This document shows positions 1 to 9,078 of a DNA stretch of 64,000 bases, piece after piece (position 1 is the first letter of the stretch; the number at the start of each line of letters is the position of its first letter). Both the position numbers and the translations under genes were made by a program. The notes below the pieces were generated by a model. The model worked only from the letters and a program-made list of their open reading frames with translations, was not told where the DNA came from and searched no databases. Source of the DNA: a virus; IMG/VR virus record IMGVR_UViG_3300021375_000014, positions 1 to 64,000 of that record. One strand, given 5' to 3'.

Positions 1-234
1 GTAGCAGCAGAAGAGGCAGCAGCGGCAGAAGCCGCGCGTGTAGCAGCAGAAGAGGCAGCAGCGGCAGAAGCCGCGCGTGTAGCAGCAGAAGAGGCAGCAG
101 CGGCAGAAGCCGCGCGTGTAGCAGCAGAAGAGGCAGCAGCGGCAGAAGCCGCGCGTGTAGCAGCAGCAGAGGCAGCAGCGGCAGAAGCCGCGCGTGTAGC
201 AGCAGCAGAGGCAGCAGCGGCAGAAGCCGCGCGT
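1..234 (+). repeat. 39-bp tandem coding repeat, 6 copies (VAAEEAAAAEAAR x4, VAAAEAAAAEAAR x2)
   Basis: Unit gtagcagcagaagaggcagcagcggcagaagccgcgcgt starts at 1, 40, 79, 118, 157 and 196; a degenerate 7th copy starts at 235. The unit is 26/39 G+C and in frame with ORF 253..1371. Confidence 0.97.
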
Positions 235-1371
235 GTAGTAGCAGAAGAGGCGGTGGTGGAAGAGGAAGTGATACAAGTTTCTCCTGTTATTAGAACTTTT
301 CGTGTATTACTTATGGCTGCGCCAGTTGTAACAAGTACTTCTGATGAAACTATTTCATCAACAACAGAAACACAAAGTACAACTTTGCCAGTATTAACAT
401 CAAATGTTGTAAAACATGATTCTACAGTTGATAACAACTTACAAACTATCTCTAAAGAAACCTTCACACTGATAACAACACCAATGGATATCATAACAGA
501 AACATTTGTTCGTACTACAGAAACATATGATAATGGTTCAGAGGTAGTAACTGATGGAGATACAACTACCACAACAATCGTGCGAAATGATACTGTCAAA
601 ACATCTAGTAATATTGAATCAGTTATTGGTAGAGTTGATCAGACAGAACAATTGTTAGGAATTGATATGCATAGAAATATGGATATTGAGCAGGGCATCA
701 CAGTTACTAAATCAGAACACAAAATGAATAATGGCTATAGCGCAAAATCAATCGTGAATAGTATTGGAATTGAAGATATCTCAAGTACCGATAATATTGT
801 TACAGGCATAGAATATAATGAAGTCAATACAACTATGATCGGCAGTGATAGTAATGGCAGTATTAGTTCAGACGCAGTAAGATTTGATATTGGTAAAACA
901 TTAAATGACAATGATACAAAATTAACCGCATCATTTAATCATACCACATCTGATATTTCATATTCTAGAGTGGTTGGTGATTATTCAGCCGCTGGTGAAA
1001 CTACATCAACCGATAATTATATTAGTCTTATGTTAGAAAAAGAAACCGGCAATTTTCGTCCATTCGTTGGTTACACAATTGGACAACGAGAAACACAAGG
1101 CTATACTGAAACTGGTAGTGCATTGGCGGTTCTAGATTATGCAACTGAGAAAGATACATATAATTATCCAACAATTGGTCTCAATGTTGAGTATGATGTA
1201 TTTACCGTAAGTGTTCGTCGGGATTTTGATGAATACAATACTACTAGTATTGATTTTGATATTACTAAAAATATCAATGAAAACGCAGAGTTGCTATTAG
1301 GATTTAATCGCAATATATCAACATATGATACTAGTGATTCCGTAACCGCAGGATTATCTTGGACTTTCTAA
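1..1371 (+). CDS. 5'-truncated autotransporter-like / outer-membrane beta-barrel protein with Ala/Glu-rich helical repeat and Thr-rich linker
   Basis: Frame +1 is open from base 1. The C-terminal ~250 aa has alternating beta-strand patterns (FRPFVGYT, YPTIGLNVEY, VTAGLSWTF) and ends in Phe, a BAM-type signal. Confidence 0.6.
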   Translation, partial: VAAEEAAAAEAARVAAEEAAAAEAARVAAEEAAAAEAARVAAEEAAAAEAARVAAAEAAAAEAARVAAAEAAAAEAARVVAEEAVVEEEVIQVSPVIRTFRVLLMAAPVVTSTSDETISSTTETQSTTLPVLTSNVVKHDSTVDNNLQTISKETFTLITTPMDIITETFVRTTETYDNGSEVVTDGDTTTTTIVRNDTVKTSSNIESVIGRVDQTEQLLGIDMHRNMDIEQGITVTKSEHKMNNGYSAKSIVNSIGIEDISSTDNIVTGIEYNEVNTTMIGSDSNGSISSDAVRFDIGKTLNDNDTKLTASFNHTTSDISYSRVVGDYSAAGETTSTDNYISLMLEKETGNFRPFVGYTIGQRETQGYTETGSALAVLDYATEKDTYNYPTIGLNVEYDVFTVSVRRDFDEYNTTSIDFDITKNINENAELLLGFNRNISTYDTSDSVTAGLSWTF

Positions 1372-1385
1372 GATTAGAAAAACAA

Positions 1386-1413
1386 AAAGTTGTCGATTTA
1401 TATTGACAACTTT
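1386..1413 (+). terminator. hairpin / likely intrinsic terminator overlapping the next -35 box
   Basis: AAAGTTGTCGAT-ttat-ATTGACAACTTT just after the stop at 1371. Confidence 0.55.
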
Positions 1414-1431
1414 ACTTATTTATGATAGTAT
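1403..1431 (+). promoter_or_regulatory. sigma70-type promoter
   Basis: TTGACA(1403)-N17-TAGTAT(1426) with extended TG; AGGAG RBS before 1456. Confidence 0.75.
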
Positions 1432-1455
1432 TAACATATAATATAGGAGAACGCA

Positions 1456-2211
1456 ATGCGTGACATTTTAAAAGATATTGTGAAACACACACATTCACTT
1501 GGAATTATTCAAGCAGTAAAAGTGACAACAGACGATAATAGTACAGTACTAGATGCAATGGACGATGACCGCACCGTTGTGCTACGTGCCAAGATGCATG
1601 AACGTGTACCAGAATTTTCAGGTAAATTTGGTATGGGTCGTTTGGGAGTTCTAAATGGTTATCTATCTTATGAAAATCAAAATGAAAATGGGGATCGTAT
1701 TGGTGCTGATATCACAGTGGGCACCACAGAACGAAATGGAGAAGTTGTCCCATCTGAACTAGGATTCTCAATGAAAGGGGTATTTGACTCAACTTATCGT
1801 GTTATTATAAGTGAATTAGTTGATGCCCAAATCAAAACAGCAAACTTCAAAGGTGCAAAATGGGATGTTGAGGTGATGCCATCATCCAAAGCAGTTAAAG
1901 ATTTGCAAACATTTGCAGGTATTCTCAGTTCATATGATCCCCTATTTACAGTAAAAACTGAAGGCAATGACTTGATGTTTCATATAGGTGATGCATCAAC
2001 CGATAAATTAAGTTTGAAATTTGCATCGAATGTAGAAGGAACACTTAGCACAGGTTGGAGTTTTCCACTCTCAACAGTTCTAACAATTTTAAAACTCGGT
2101 GATACTTCATCTATGAGTATTAAAATTTCAGATCAAGGAGCAATGGCAATTCATGTAGATTCTGGTATGGGATTATATGAATATATCTTACCAGCAAAAT
2201 CAGGCAATTAA
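1456..2211 (+). CDS. probable DNA polymerase sliding clamp (T4 gp45/PCNA-like)
   Basis: 251 aa, two-domain clamp-like size and beta/alpha pattern, C-terminal YEYILPA, replication-gene context. Confidence 0.55.
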   Translation: MRDILKDIVKHTHSLGIIQAVKVTTDDNSTVLDAMDDDRTVVLRAKMHERVPEFSGKFGMGRLGVLNGYLSYENQNENGDRIGADITVGTTERNGEVVPSELGFSMKGVFDSTYRVIISELVDAQIKTANFKGAKWDVEVMPSSKAVKDLQTFAGILSSYDPLFTVKTEGNDLMFHIGDASTDKLSLKFASNVEGTLSTGWSFPLSTVLTILKLGDTSSMSIKISDQGAMAIHVDSGMGLYEYILPAKSGN

Positions 2212-2244
2212 TAAAAATGTGTTTATAGCGAGAACTGTGGAGAC

Positions 2245-2281
2245 ACGTATACAGAAGTACCTATTGTATTTCTGTATACGT
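2245..2281. other. 16-bp inverted repeat / stem-loop in intergenic region
   Basis: ACGTATACAGAAGTAC-ctatt-GTATTTCTGTATACGT with one G-T pair. Confidence 0.85.
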
Positions 2282-2326
2282 TCACTTATAACTTTTGCTG
2301 CTAAATCTTTAAACTAAATAAAAATA

Positions 2327-2665
2327 GTGAAAATAAATACAGGATCTAAAAATGTCATTTTCGAAACCAACACTAAACAAAATATTTACGGCAAACTCTT
2401 CGGTCATTTCAACAATAATGACAAACTTCAAGTCACTTTTAGATTCTCACCAAAGTTATCCACTCAAATCGAGTCTTGTGATGATGCTATTAAGCTTAAT
2501 ATTGTTTATAAGTATAACATTTTGGATGCTAGTAACGTTTGTCTCAAGTTTTTTATTGTTGATAGAAGCGATATTTATGAAGTCACTAGGAATGTTCAGT
2601 CATACAGGAATACCAGGATGGAATATTCATTATACATTAAGTCGATGGTTGAACGTGATGAATGA
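2327..2665 (+). CDS. hypothetical protein
   Basis: 112-aa ORF with ordinary composition; its stop overlaps the ATG at 2658 (ATGAATGA). Confidence 0.5.
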   Translation: MKINTGSKNVIFETNTKQNIYGKLFGHFNNNDKLQVTFRFSPKLSTQIESCDDAIKLNIVYKYNILDASNVCLKFFIVDRSDIYEVTRNVQSYRNTRMEYSLYIKSMVERDE

Positions 2666-2840
2666 TATTCCTGCTACATACAAGAAGTGGCGGAAATCTG
2701 AATTGACCGAGGATAGTGATTTACATCCAGACTTCACATCTCATTATTCGGAAATGCCCGGAGGACTTGATGAAGTTTCAAAATACAATCGTGGAATTGT
2801 AACAGAAGAACAATTTGAAAATATTAGGAAAAAAGTATGA
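2658..2840 (+). CDS. hypothetical protein (MNDIPATY..., 60 aa)
   Basis: 3' part of ORF 2352..2840; ATG 2658 overlaps the upstream stop, and its own stop forms an ATGA overlap with 2837. Confidence 0.5.
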   Translation: MNDIPATYKKWRKSELTEDSDLHPDFTSHYSEMPGGLDEVSKYNRGIVTEEQFENIRKKV

Positions 2841-3019
2841 AAGATCCAAATGTAGAAGAAATGGTTAAGGAACTAAGAACACTAATGAAAAATCTTAATA
2901 AATTAAATGTAAAATTGTACAGAGAAGATATTTCATATAGGTTAATTGATGGATATGATGAAAATACAAGATCCAAACATATTGAAATACATCATCTTCA
3001 ACAAACAGTGGAGTATTAA
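2837..3019 (+). CDS. hypothetical protein
   Basis: 60-aa ORF, ATGA-coupled to the previous ORF, AGGA upstream. Confidence 0.6.
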   Translation: MKDPNVEEMVKELRTLMKNLNKLNVKLYREDISYRLIDGYDENTRSKHIEIHHLQQTVEY

Positions 3020-3023
3020 TATT

Positions 3024-3494
3024 ATGGGCAAAGTTAAAGACTGGTTCATAACAATGCTTATGGACGCAAAAAGTAAAGAAAAATATATCATTGAAAAATT
3101 ATCAGATGATGATATTAAAACAAAAAAACTTTTAGATTATGATCTAAAACATTCTAACATCACACAAGATGAATTTGATAAACAAACAGCAACACTAGAT
3201 GGTGAGCCGTATATTCGTGTTGTTAACTTAGAAATGGATCCATCATCACCAAGTGCGGGGTATTTTGAACTAGATTTTAATGAACACTTTGTTGAATTTC
3301 TTGCCAATAGCGGATATGAAGGTGTAGAACCAGATGAAATTGTAGATAATTGGTTTAACGATTTATGTCAAAATATTGTAATGGAAGGCCTTGAAGATAA
3401 TGAAGGCATTACAAAAAGCGTTGATTCTACTAGCAAAGAAGGCTTAATTATTCAGAGATTAAAAACTGATAATGATAATGCAGAATACTCTTGA
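3024..3494 (+). CDS. hypothetical phage protein
   Basis: Likely start ATG 3024 (GGAG at 3010); acidic, GYFELDFNEHFV...WFNDLC segment. Confidence 0.7.
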   Translation: MGKVKDWFITMLMDAKSKEKYIIEKLSDDDIKTKKLLDYDLKHSNITQDEFDKQTATLDGEPYIRVVNLEMDPSSPSAGYFELDFNEHFVEFLANSGYEGVEPDEIVDNWFNDLCQNIVMEGLEDNEGITKSVDSTSKEGLIIQRLKTDNDNAEYS

Positions 3495-3519
3495 CATTAG
3501 TATTTAAATCATCTATGAT
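3491..3519 (+). promoter_or_regulatory. sigma70-type promoter
   Basis: TTGACA(3491)-N17-TATGAT(3514); GAGG RBS before 3549. Confidence 0.8.
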
Positions 3520-3548
3520 AGAAACATAATTTAAAAACAGAGGTAATA

Positions 3549-4550
3549 ATGGCTACTTTCATTCTTGTTGACAGTCTTAATATGTATCATCGTGCCAAAC
3601 ACGTGACGCATCGTGGTGCAGATATAGATACTAAAATTGGCATGTCATTTCACATTATGATGTCGAGTGTAAAGATGTGTTATAATATGTTTAACGCAGA
3701 TCATGCAGTATTTTGCTTAGAGGGACGTAGTTGGCGTAAAGACTTTTATACACCATATAAAGCACAACGTAGAGCCGCACAAATGGCAAAAAGTGAACGT
3801 GAACAAGAAGAAGATGCTATTATGTTCGGAGCATATGATAGTATGATAAAGTTCTTAGATGAACGAACCAATTGTACACTATTACAAAATCCAGAAGCAG
3901 AAGCAGATGATATGATTGCGCTGTTTATCGAATCACATCCAAACGACCATCATGTTATTATCAGTAGTGATAGCGATTATCAACAATTAATATGTGATAA
4001 TGTAACCATATATGATGGAGTACAAAATCGTATCATTACGCCCGATGGGTTTTTTAAGGATGATAAAAAACGTACTCCTATTAAAGATAAGAAGACTAAA
4101 GAAGTAATGTCGCCACCAGATCCCGAATGGTTACTATTTGAAAAATGTATACGCGGCGATACAAGTGATAATATCTTTAGTGCATATCCTGGATGTCGTA
4201 AGAAAGGCACAAAGAATAAAGTTGGCATGATTGAAGCATTTGAAGATCGTAATACAGGTGGTTTTAATTGGAATAACTTTATGTTACAACGTTGGACAGA
4301 CCATAACGGTGAAGAACATACCGTACGTGATATGTATGAACGTAATAAGAAACTTATTGATCTTACTGCACAGCCACACGATCTTAAAGTAAAATTTATT
4401 GAAACTATTGCCGAGCGCAGTATTCCCAAGAATAAATCAGGGGTTGGCGTAAACTTTCTTCGTTGGTGTGGCGAATGGGATTTACAGAATTTAGCAAAAA
4501 CACCAGATGAAATGGCTGCTATATTAAACAAAGGCTATCCATATGCTTAA
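3549..4550 (+). CDS. rnh: RNase H / 5'-3' exonuclease (T4 Rnh, FEN-like)
   Basis: Motifs ILVDS, EADDMIA, SSDSDYQQL, GDTSDNI. Confidence 0.88.
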   Translation: MATFILVDSLNMYHRAKHVTHRGADIDTKIGMSFHIMMSSVKMCYNMFNADHAVFCLEGRSWRKDFYTPYKAQRRAAQMAKSEREQEEDAIMFGAYDSMIKFLDERTNCTLLQNPEAEADDMIALFIESHPNDHHVIISSDSDYQQLICDNVTIYDGVQNRIITPDGFFKDDKKRTPIKDKKTKEVMSPPDPEWLLFEKCIRGDTSDNIFSAYPGCRKKGTKNKVGMIEAFEDRNTGGFNWNNFMLQRWTDHNGEEHTVRDMYERNKKLIDLTAQPHDLKVKFIETIAERSIPKNKSGVGVNFLRWCGEWDLQNLAKTPDEMAAILNKGYPYA

Positions 4551-5250
4551 ATACGTCTTTGATGTGGACGGTACATTGACTCCAAGTAGACAAGTAATTA
4601 ATAAAAAGTTTGCTGTTTGGTTTAAAAAATTCTGTCAATCAAATGACGTTTATCTTGTCACAGGAAGTGATCGTCCAAAAACTCTTGAACAAATAGGTAA
4701 TACAATTTACAACTGCTGTAATCGTGTTTATAATTGTAGCGGCAACGATGTTTGGCAAAGTGAAAAACATATTTGTACAAACGAATGGGCACTTCCAGAA
4801 GATGCACATGACTGGTTAAGTGATCAATTAGCCGAGAGTGATTTTAGTATACGCACAGGTAATCATATCGAAGAACGCCCAGGTATGGTAAACTTTAGTA
4901 TTGTAGGACGTAACGCAAACCAAGAACAACGGCAAGCATGGTTAGCCTATGAGGCTTGGAATGATGATAGACGTAAAATTGCAGATGCGTTTAATATTAT
5001 GTTTCCTGATTTACAAGCAACGGTAGGTGGAGAAACTGGTATTGATATCGGTCCTACTGGATCTGATAAAAGCCAAATACTCAAAGACTTTAATAAGAAC
5101 GATTCAATTATATTCTTTGGCGATGGCATTTTTGATGGTGGAAATGATTTCACACTAGCACAAGCAATTAAGAAAAAAGGTATAGGTAGAGCCCATAAAG
5201 TATCTGGTTGGGAAGAAACTTACAAAATATTAATAGATGTATACAGTTGA
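4543..5250 (+). CDS. HAD-IIB hydrolase, eukaryote-type phosphomannomutase-like
   Basis: FDVDGTLT, VTGSD, RPGMVNFSIVGR, GGETGIDI, DKSQIL, FFGD..GGND. Confidence 0.8.
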   Translation: MLKYVFDVDGTLTPSRQVINKKFAVWFKKFCQSNDVYLVTGSDRPKTLEQIGNTIYNCCNRVYNCSGNDVWQSEKHICTNEWALPEDAHDWLSDQLAESDFSIRTGNHIEERPGMVNFSIVGRNANQEQRQAWLAYEAWNDDRRKIADAFNIMFPDLQATVGGETGIDIGPTGSDKSQILKDFNKNDSIIFFGDGIFDGGNDFTLAQAIKKKGIGRAHKVSGWEETYKILIDVYS

Positions 5251-5740
5251 AATAATTAAAGACAAGTTTTGGATCGTTGAAGATGCAGGAATAAAACTTG
5301 GCACTATTCGTAGAACCAAGTCTTATGACTTTGAAGTAATCATTCGAGATGATGGCTTTGAAATACTTAGCCTTGATGCTCTAACTTCGAAGTTCGGAAG
5401 TAAAATTCTTGAATCTCGACAAGTTAAAAAAATTGAAAGTGTAGGCAAAGATAGTGGATATTCAATTGATGAAGCGGAAGGTTATCCTTGTAAGCATATT
5501 GCATACAACGTTGAAGTGATAGAATTAAAAGGCAAAAAAATTCCAACATATACCAAGAGTATCACAAGCAAAGTAAGATATGCTGCAGGATACTATGGTG
5601 TACGATTTCCTAGTGACTGGAGATGGTTTTATGGTGGCAAACTTGATACATTAAATTCTTGTAACTTTATAGGTCCATATAAAACAAAATCTGAAATGCA
5701 GGTAGAGACACTCATGGCAAATAAACGGGAAGCAGTATAA
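5237..5740 (+). CDS. hypothetical phage protein
   Basis: 167-aa ORF in an operon, overlapping the upstream gene end. Confidence 0.75.
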   Translation: MYTVEIIKDKFWIVEDAGIKLGTIRRTKSYDFEVIIRDDGFEILSLDALTSKFGSKILESRQVKKIESVGKDSGYSIDEAEGYPCKHIAYNVEVIELKGKKIPTYTKSITSKVRYAAGYYGVRFPSDWRWFYGGKLDTLNSCNFIGPYKTKSEMQVETLMANKREAV

Positions 5741-5742
5741 AT

Positions 5743-5931
5743 ATGTCGTATACACAAATAAAAAGTTTTCTTATTTCGATTAATAAATCCGCAATTAGAA
5801 AAGATCCATATGTTCGTATAAGTATGGAAGATGCAGTTAAATTACAAACAGAATTATCTCTACTTCTTATGGAATTAAAAGATACAAACACAGAACCAAA
5901 AACAGTCACATTTGACGGAGGAAAATTTTAA
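5743..5931 (+). CDS. hypothetical protein
   Basis: 62 aa, coupled to neighbours; ends FDGGKF. Confidence 0.65.
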   Translation: MSYTQIKSFLISINKSAIRKDPYVRISMEDAVKLQTELSLLLMELKDTNTEPKTVTFDGGKF

Positions 5932-6239
5932 TGCCAGATTTTAACGCAGTTATGATTATAGGACACTTTGTAGTTTCTATATTTCAAATTCCACTGGGAC
6001 AACCACTATATCAATTTATGCCATTTCCAAGTATGGATAAATGCCAAGAATATGTACAATATGTAGTAACACCACCCGCAGGTTTCACTATGGATATAGA
6101 ATACAAAATGTATAAGACCGGACAATGTGTTACAAGAGAAGAATTCCAAAGACAAATGGAATTGTATAATAAACAAAATGCAGCACCATCAACTCCAGAA
6201 TTACCAGAAGACAATAACGATGGATGGGAATTAAGATAA
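5931..6239 (+). CDS. hypothetical protein (hydrophobic N-terminus, two Cys)
   Basis: 102 aa, TAATG overlap, GGAGG upstream. Confidence 0.7.
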   Translation: MPDFNAVMIIGHFVVSIFQIPLGQPLYQFMPFPSMDKCQEYVQYVVTPPAGFTMDIEYKMYKTGQCVTREEFQRQMELYNKQNAAPSTPELPEDNNDGWELR

Positions 6240-6271
6240 ATATACTATAATACCAATAAGGAATATAGTTT

Positions 6272-7144
6272 ATGAAATATCTAAGTAAAGCACGTGAAGT
6301 CGTAATTTTAACAATAAAATCAACTTGGATTTATAAACAATTAAGAAAACTTATTGTAAAACCTGTATATTTATTTCTAATTTTAGCAGTTATAATAATG
6401 GGTGGAATACATGTAAAAAATTATGTAAATTTATATATAGCAGAATTTAAAAGATTAAATGATATATCTGTAAAGGCAGAAAATCTAAAAGCAGAACAAG
6501 AAAAGCATTTAGATTTTACTAAGATAGATGATTTCTTATACACATTAACTGGCAGTGTTGGCAGTGGCGATTGTGATCGTATTGTACCTGATATGCCGAT
6601 GGACTTTACTGTAATACTAGAAAGTCCTGGCGGTAATCTCGCAGAAGGATCGTGTATTGCAGCGCATTTCAAATTAAGAAATGTTGTAACAGTTGTACGT
6701 AACACACCAGTAATGAATGCAGACGGTAAAATTATATACTCTCCTGGTAAAATAGGAGATGAATTAGATATCGACCATCTAAAAAATAAAACAGTATGTG
6801 CAAGTGCATGTGGTCTTATATTTTTGGGTGGAGATAGAAGATATCTCATAGGTGATGTATGGTTCGGTATTCACGGACCTGGCACACCAGAACAATTTAT
6901 TAATATAATGCCTGCTAGACAAGCAGAATCAGGAGCATACCGCACTGCTAGTAATCTCTTAGGATTATTAGAAGAACTAGGTGTGGATGATCCAGAAGTT
7001 CGTAAATTGTTTATACAAATCCCAAATCAAACAATGTATTGGTTGAAACCCAATGACTTCCCGGCGAAGCCAGGACTTGTTTCATTAGCTACAAACTATG
7101 TAAATTTTTGGGGTTTAACTACCGCAACACTTAATCCAATATAA
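6272..7144 (+). CDS. membrane-anchored ClpP/crotonase-fold protein (COG3904-like)
   Basis: N-terminal TM helix; LESPGG, CASACGLIFLGG, FGIH motifs. Confidence 0.7.
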   Translation: MKYLSKAREVVILTIKSTWIYKQLRKLIVKPVYLFLILAVIIMGGIHVKNYVNLYIAEFKRLNDISVKAENLKAEQEKHLDFTKIDDFLYTLTGSVGSGDCDRIVPDMPMDFTVILESPGGNLAEGSCIAAHFKLRNVVTVVRNTPVMNADGKIIYSPGKIGDELDIDHLKNKTVCASACGLIFLGGDRRYLIGDVWFGIHGPGTPEQFINIMPARQAESGAYRTASNLLGLLEELGVDDPEVRKLFIQIPNQTMYWLKPNDFPAKPGLVSLATNYVNFWGLTTATLNPI

Positions 7145-7175
7145 GGATAAGGTTGTCTAATAGGAGGACTACAAA

Positions 7176-8213
7176 ATGCTAAAGAGTTTCTTTTGGACTC
7201 CATCCCAATTTTTATACGCCTGGCTAATGCTTGCTTGGCTATTATTCATTGGTTGGTATAACGTTCAAATTCTAGTTTATTATAACGCATGGAATCGTGA
7301 GTTTTATGATGCTATACAAACACTACAAGAGGCGAGATTTTGGGAACTATTCTGGAGTTTCAATCCAGTTAGACTATGGGAGTTTATCACGTTTCGTATG
7401 GACGAAACAACAACCGTTCCCAGTTTCTTAGAAATACTTCTTATCTATGTGCCAATGGCAACGTATGCTACGTGGCAAACACAACGATTTACATTCCGTT
7501 GGAGAGAAGCAAATACACACTACTATCTAAAGCGTTGGGAAAATTCAACAGCGAAAATCGAAGGTGGCTCACAACGTATTCAAGAGGATCTAATGATCTT
7601 TGGCAAAACACTGCAATCTCTATTCACTGGCTTTGTTAATAAGATTTTTATTCTTGCTGCGTTCTTACCAGTGTTATGGACATTAAGTGAAGGTCTTCCT
7701 GTTTGGAATGGTCAAATTATTCCTGGCTTTCTAGTCTGGGCTGCACTTATAATGAGTATCGGCGGAACACTATTATCATTCTTACTAGGTATTAAATTAC
7801 CTGGATTGGAGTATAAAAATCAAGTTGTGGAAGCAAAGTTTCGTAAAAAATTGGTACACAGCGAAGATGATTTTAAAGAACGTTTGTCAGAAGACTTGTT
7901 TCCAATGTTTGCATCAATTAAACGTAACTACTATAGACTATTCAATTACTATATGGGATTCGGCATATGGCAAACAGGATTTTCATTACTAGCGGGTAAT
8001 GTTGCTATTGTAATATTAGCTCCAAGTTACTTTGCACAGTTAATTACATTCGGTGTTCTCATCCAGGTTCTTAATGCATTTGGAAGAGTAGAAGGTGCAC
8101 TAACATTCTTCATCGATAGATGGACAACAATTGTTGATTTTCAATCTGTAATCAAGCGATTAAGAGAGTTTAATAAAGTACTTGATGAAGAAGATAATAA
8201 CGCTGTGACATAA
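7176..8213 (+). CDS. sbmA: SbmA/BacA-like inner-membrane peptide transporter
   Basis: Polytopic membrane protein with FFW, WNREFYDAIQ, FRWR, IEGGSQRIQED, NQVVEAKFRKKLV, QVLNAFGRVE; AGGAGG RBS. Confidence 0.88.
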   Translation: MLKSFFWTPSQFLYAWLMLAWLLFIGWYNVQILVYYNAWNREFYDAIQTLQEARFWELFWSFNPVRLWEFITFRMDETTTVPSFLEILLIYVPMATYATWQTQRFTFRWREANTHYYLKRWENSTAKIEGGSQRIQEDLMIFGKTLQSLFTGFVNKIFILAAFLPVLWTLSEGLPVWNGQIIPGFLVWAALIMSIGGTLLSFLLGIKLPGLEYKNQVVEAKFRKKLVHSEDDFKERLSEDLFPMFASIKRNYYRLFNYYMGFGIWQTGFSLLAGNVAIVILAPSYFAQLITFGVLIQVLNAFGRVEGALTFFIDRWTTIVDFQSVIKRLREFNKVLDEEDNNAVT

Positions 8214-8236
8214 TAACAGTGCTACTATATCACATT

Positions 8237-8264
8237 AAAAAGCGTCTTTTAAGGCGCTTTTTTT
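8237..8264 (+). terminator. intrinsic terminator
   Basis: AAAAAGCGTCTT-tt-AAGGCGCTTTTTTT after sbmA. Confidence 0.8.
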
Positions 8265-8295
8265 ATGTTATATAAGCATATAATTATAAAATTTA

Positions 8296-8303
8296 GATAA
8301 ATA
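8296..8303 (+). promoter_or_regulatory. putative T4-like late promoter (GATAAATA)
   Basis: Variant of TATAAATA ~30 nt upstream of 8331; the same motif precedes 6272 and the structural genes. Confidence 0.5.
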
Positions 8304-8330
8304 TGTTTAACAATTAAGGAATAAAATACT

Positions 8331-8621
8331 ATGGCAAGACCCAAACCAACAATAATATTAGAGTACACAGACTCTAAAACATATAGAAGCGAACAAGTAC
8401 TTAAAGCAACTGCAATATATGCTGTTTTTTATAAAGGCGAAGCTATAAACTTACGATCACTTAACAGTCTGATTAACTTTCCAGGACCAAAATATAAAAA
8501 GTGTTCATTTTCAAATCCAGGACATGCTTATAACTTAGCAGAAAAATTAAATGATTTATTTAAATGTGACGATTTTGAAGTTTATTTGCTGGATAAAGGA
8601 CAAAAGTTATCTCCTAAGTAA
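8331..8621 (+). CDS. hypothetical phage protein
   Basis: 96 aa, MARPKP...GPKYKKCSFSNPGHA, AAGGA RBS. Confidence 0.8.
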   Translation: MARPKPTIILEYTDSKTYRSEQVLKATAIYAVFYKGEAINLRSLNSLINFPGPKYKKCSFSNPGHAYNLAEKLNDLFKCDDFEVYLLDKGQKLSPK

Positions 8622-8633
8622 CTTCATAACATT

Positions 8634-8999
8634 ATGACTAAGACTGAATTAATAACATATCTTAATGTAAATACAAAAGGAAAATGTACTGGCAGAAAGG
8701 AATATAAGGCCAATGACATTTTTATTAGTGAAAAAAAAGATTGTAATAATTTTAGATTAACAACAATGGGCAAAGATGTCATGTCCAAACATTTCGATAC
8801 ATATACTATCAGATTACAAACTGCTGCCAAAATAGAAACTGGTACACAAATAATACAATTAGATAGATATATGGTAACTCCATATTATTTACGTAATGGA
8901 AAACTTATAGTTTTCGAAGAATCATTAGCTGCAGAATTTTTATTACTAGATAGTGATTTCGATCTATGGATACAGAACAAAAAATTTGCTCAATCATAA
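8634..8999 (+). CDS. hypothetical phage protein
   Basis: 121-aa ORF directly after 8621. Confidence 0.7.
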   Translation: MTKTELITYLNVNTKGKCTGRKEYKANDIFISEKKDCNNFRLTTMGKDVMSKHFDTYTIRLQTAAKIETGTQIIQLDRYMVTPYYLRNGKLIVFEESLAAEFLLLDSDFDLWIQNKKFAQS

Positions 9000-9018
9000 A
9001 ATTCATGTAAAATAACTC

Positions 9019-9047
9019 TTGACTTTCATAACGAATCGCTCTATATA
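9019..9047 (+). promoter_or_regulatory. early promoter with CGAATCG (GANTC) in spacer
   Basis: TTGACT(9019)-N7-CGAATCG(9032)-N3-TATATA(9042). Confidence 0.75.
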
Positions 9048-9078
9048 GAATGCATAAGTTAGGCAGAAGGGTAAGAAC

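Noticed and set aside
1-252. Repeat array as CRISPR
   Set aside because: Units are contiguous with no unique spacers, are a multiple of 3 and read in frame as protein; no cas genes.
2352-2657. N-terminal 102 codons of ORF 2352..2840 as a membrane protein
   Set aside because: It overlaps 2327..2665 in another frame. The hydrophobicity looks like an AT-rich shadow frame, and ATG 2658 gives typical coupling. Not certain.
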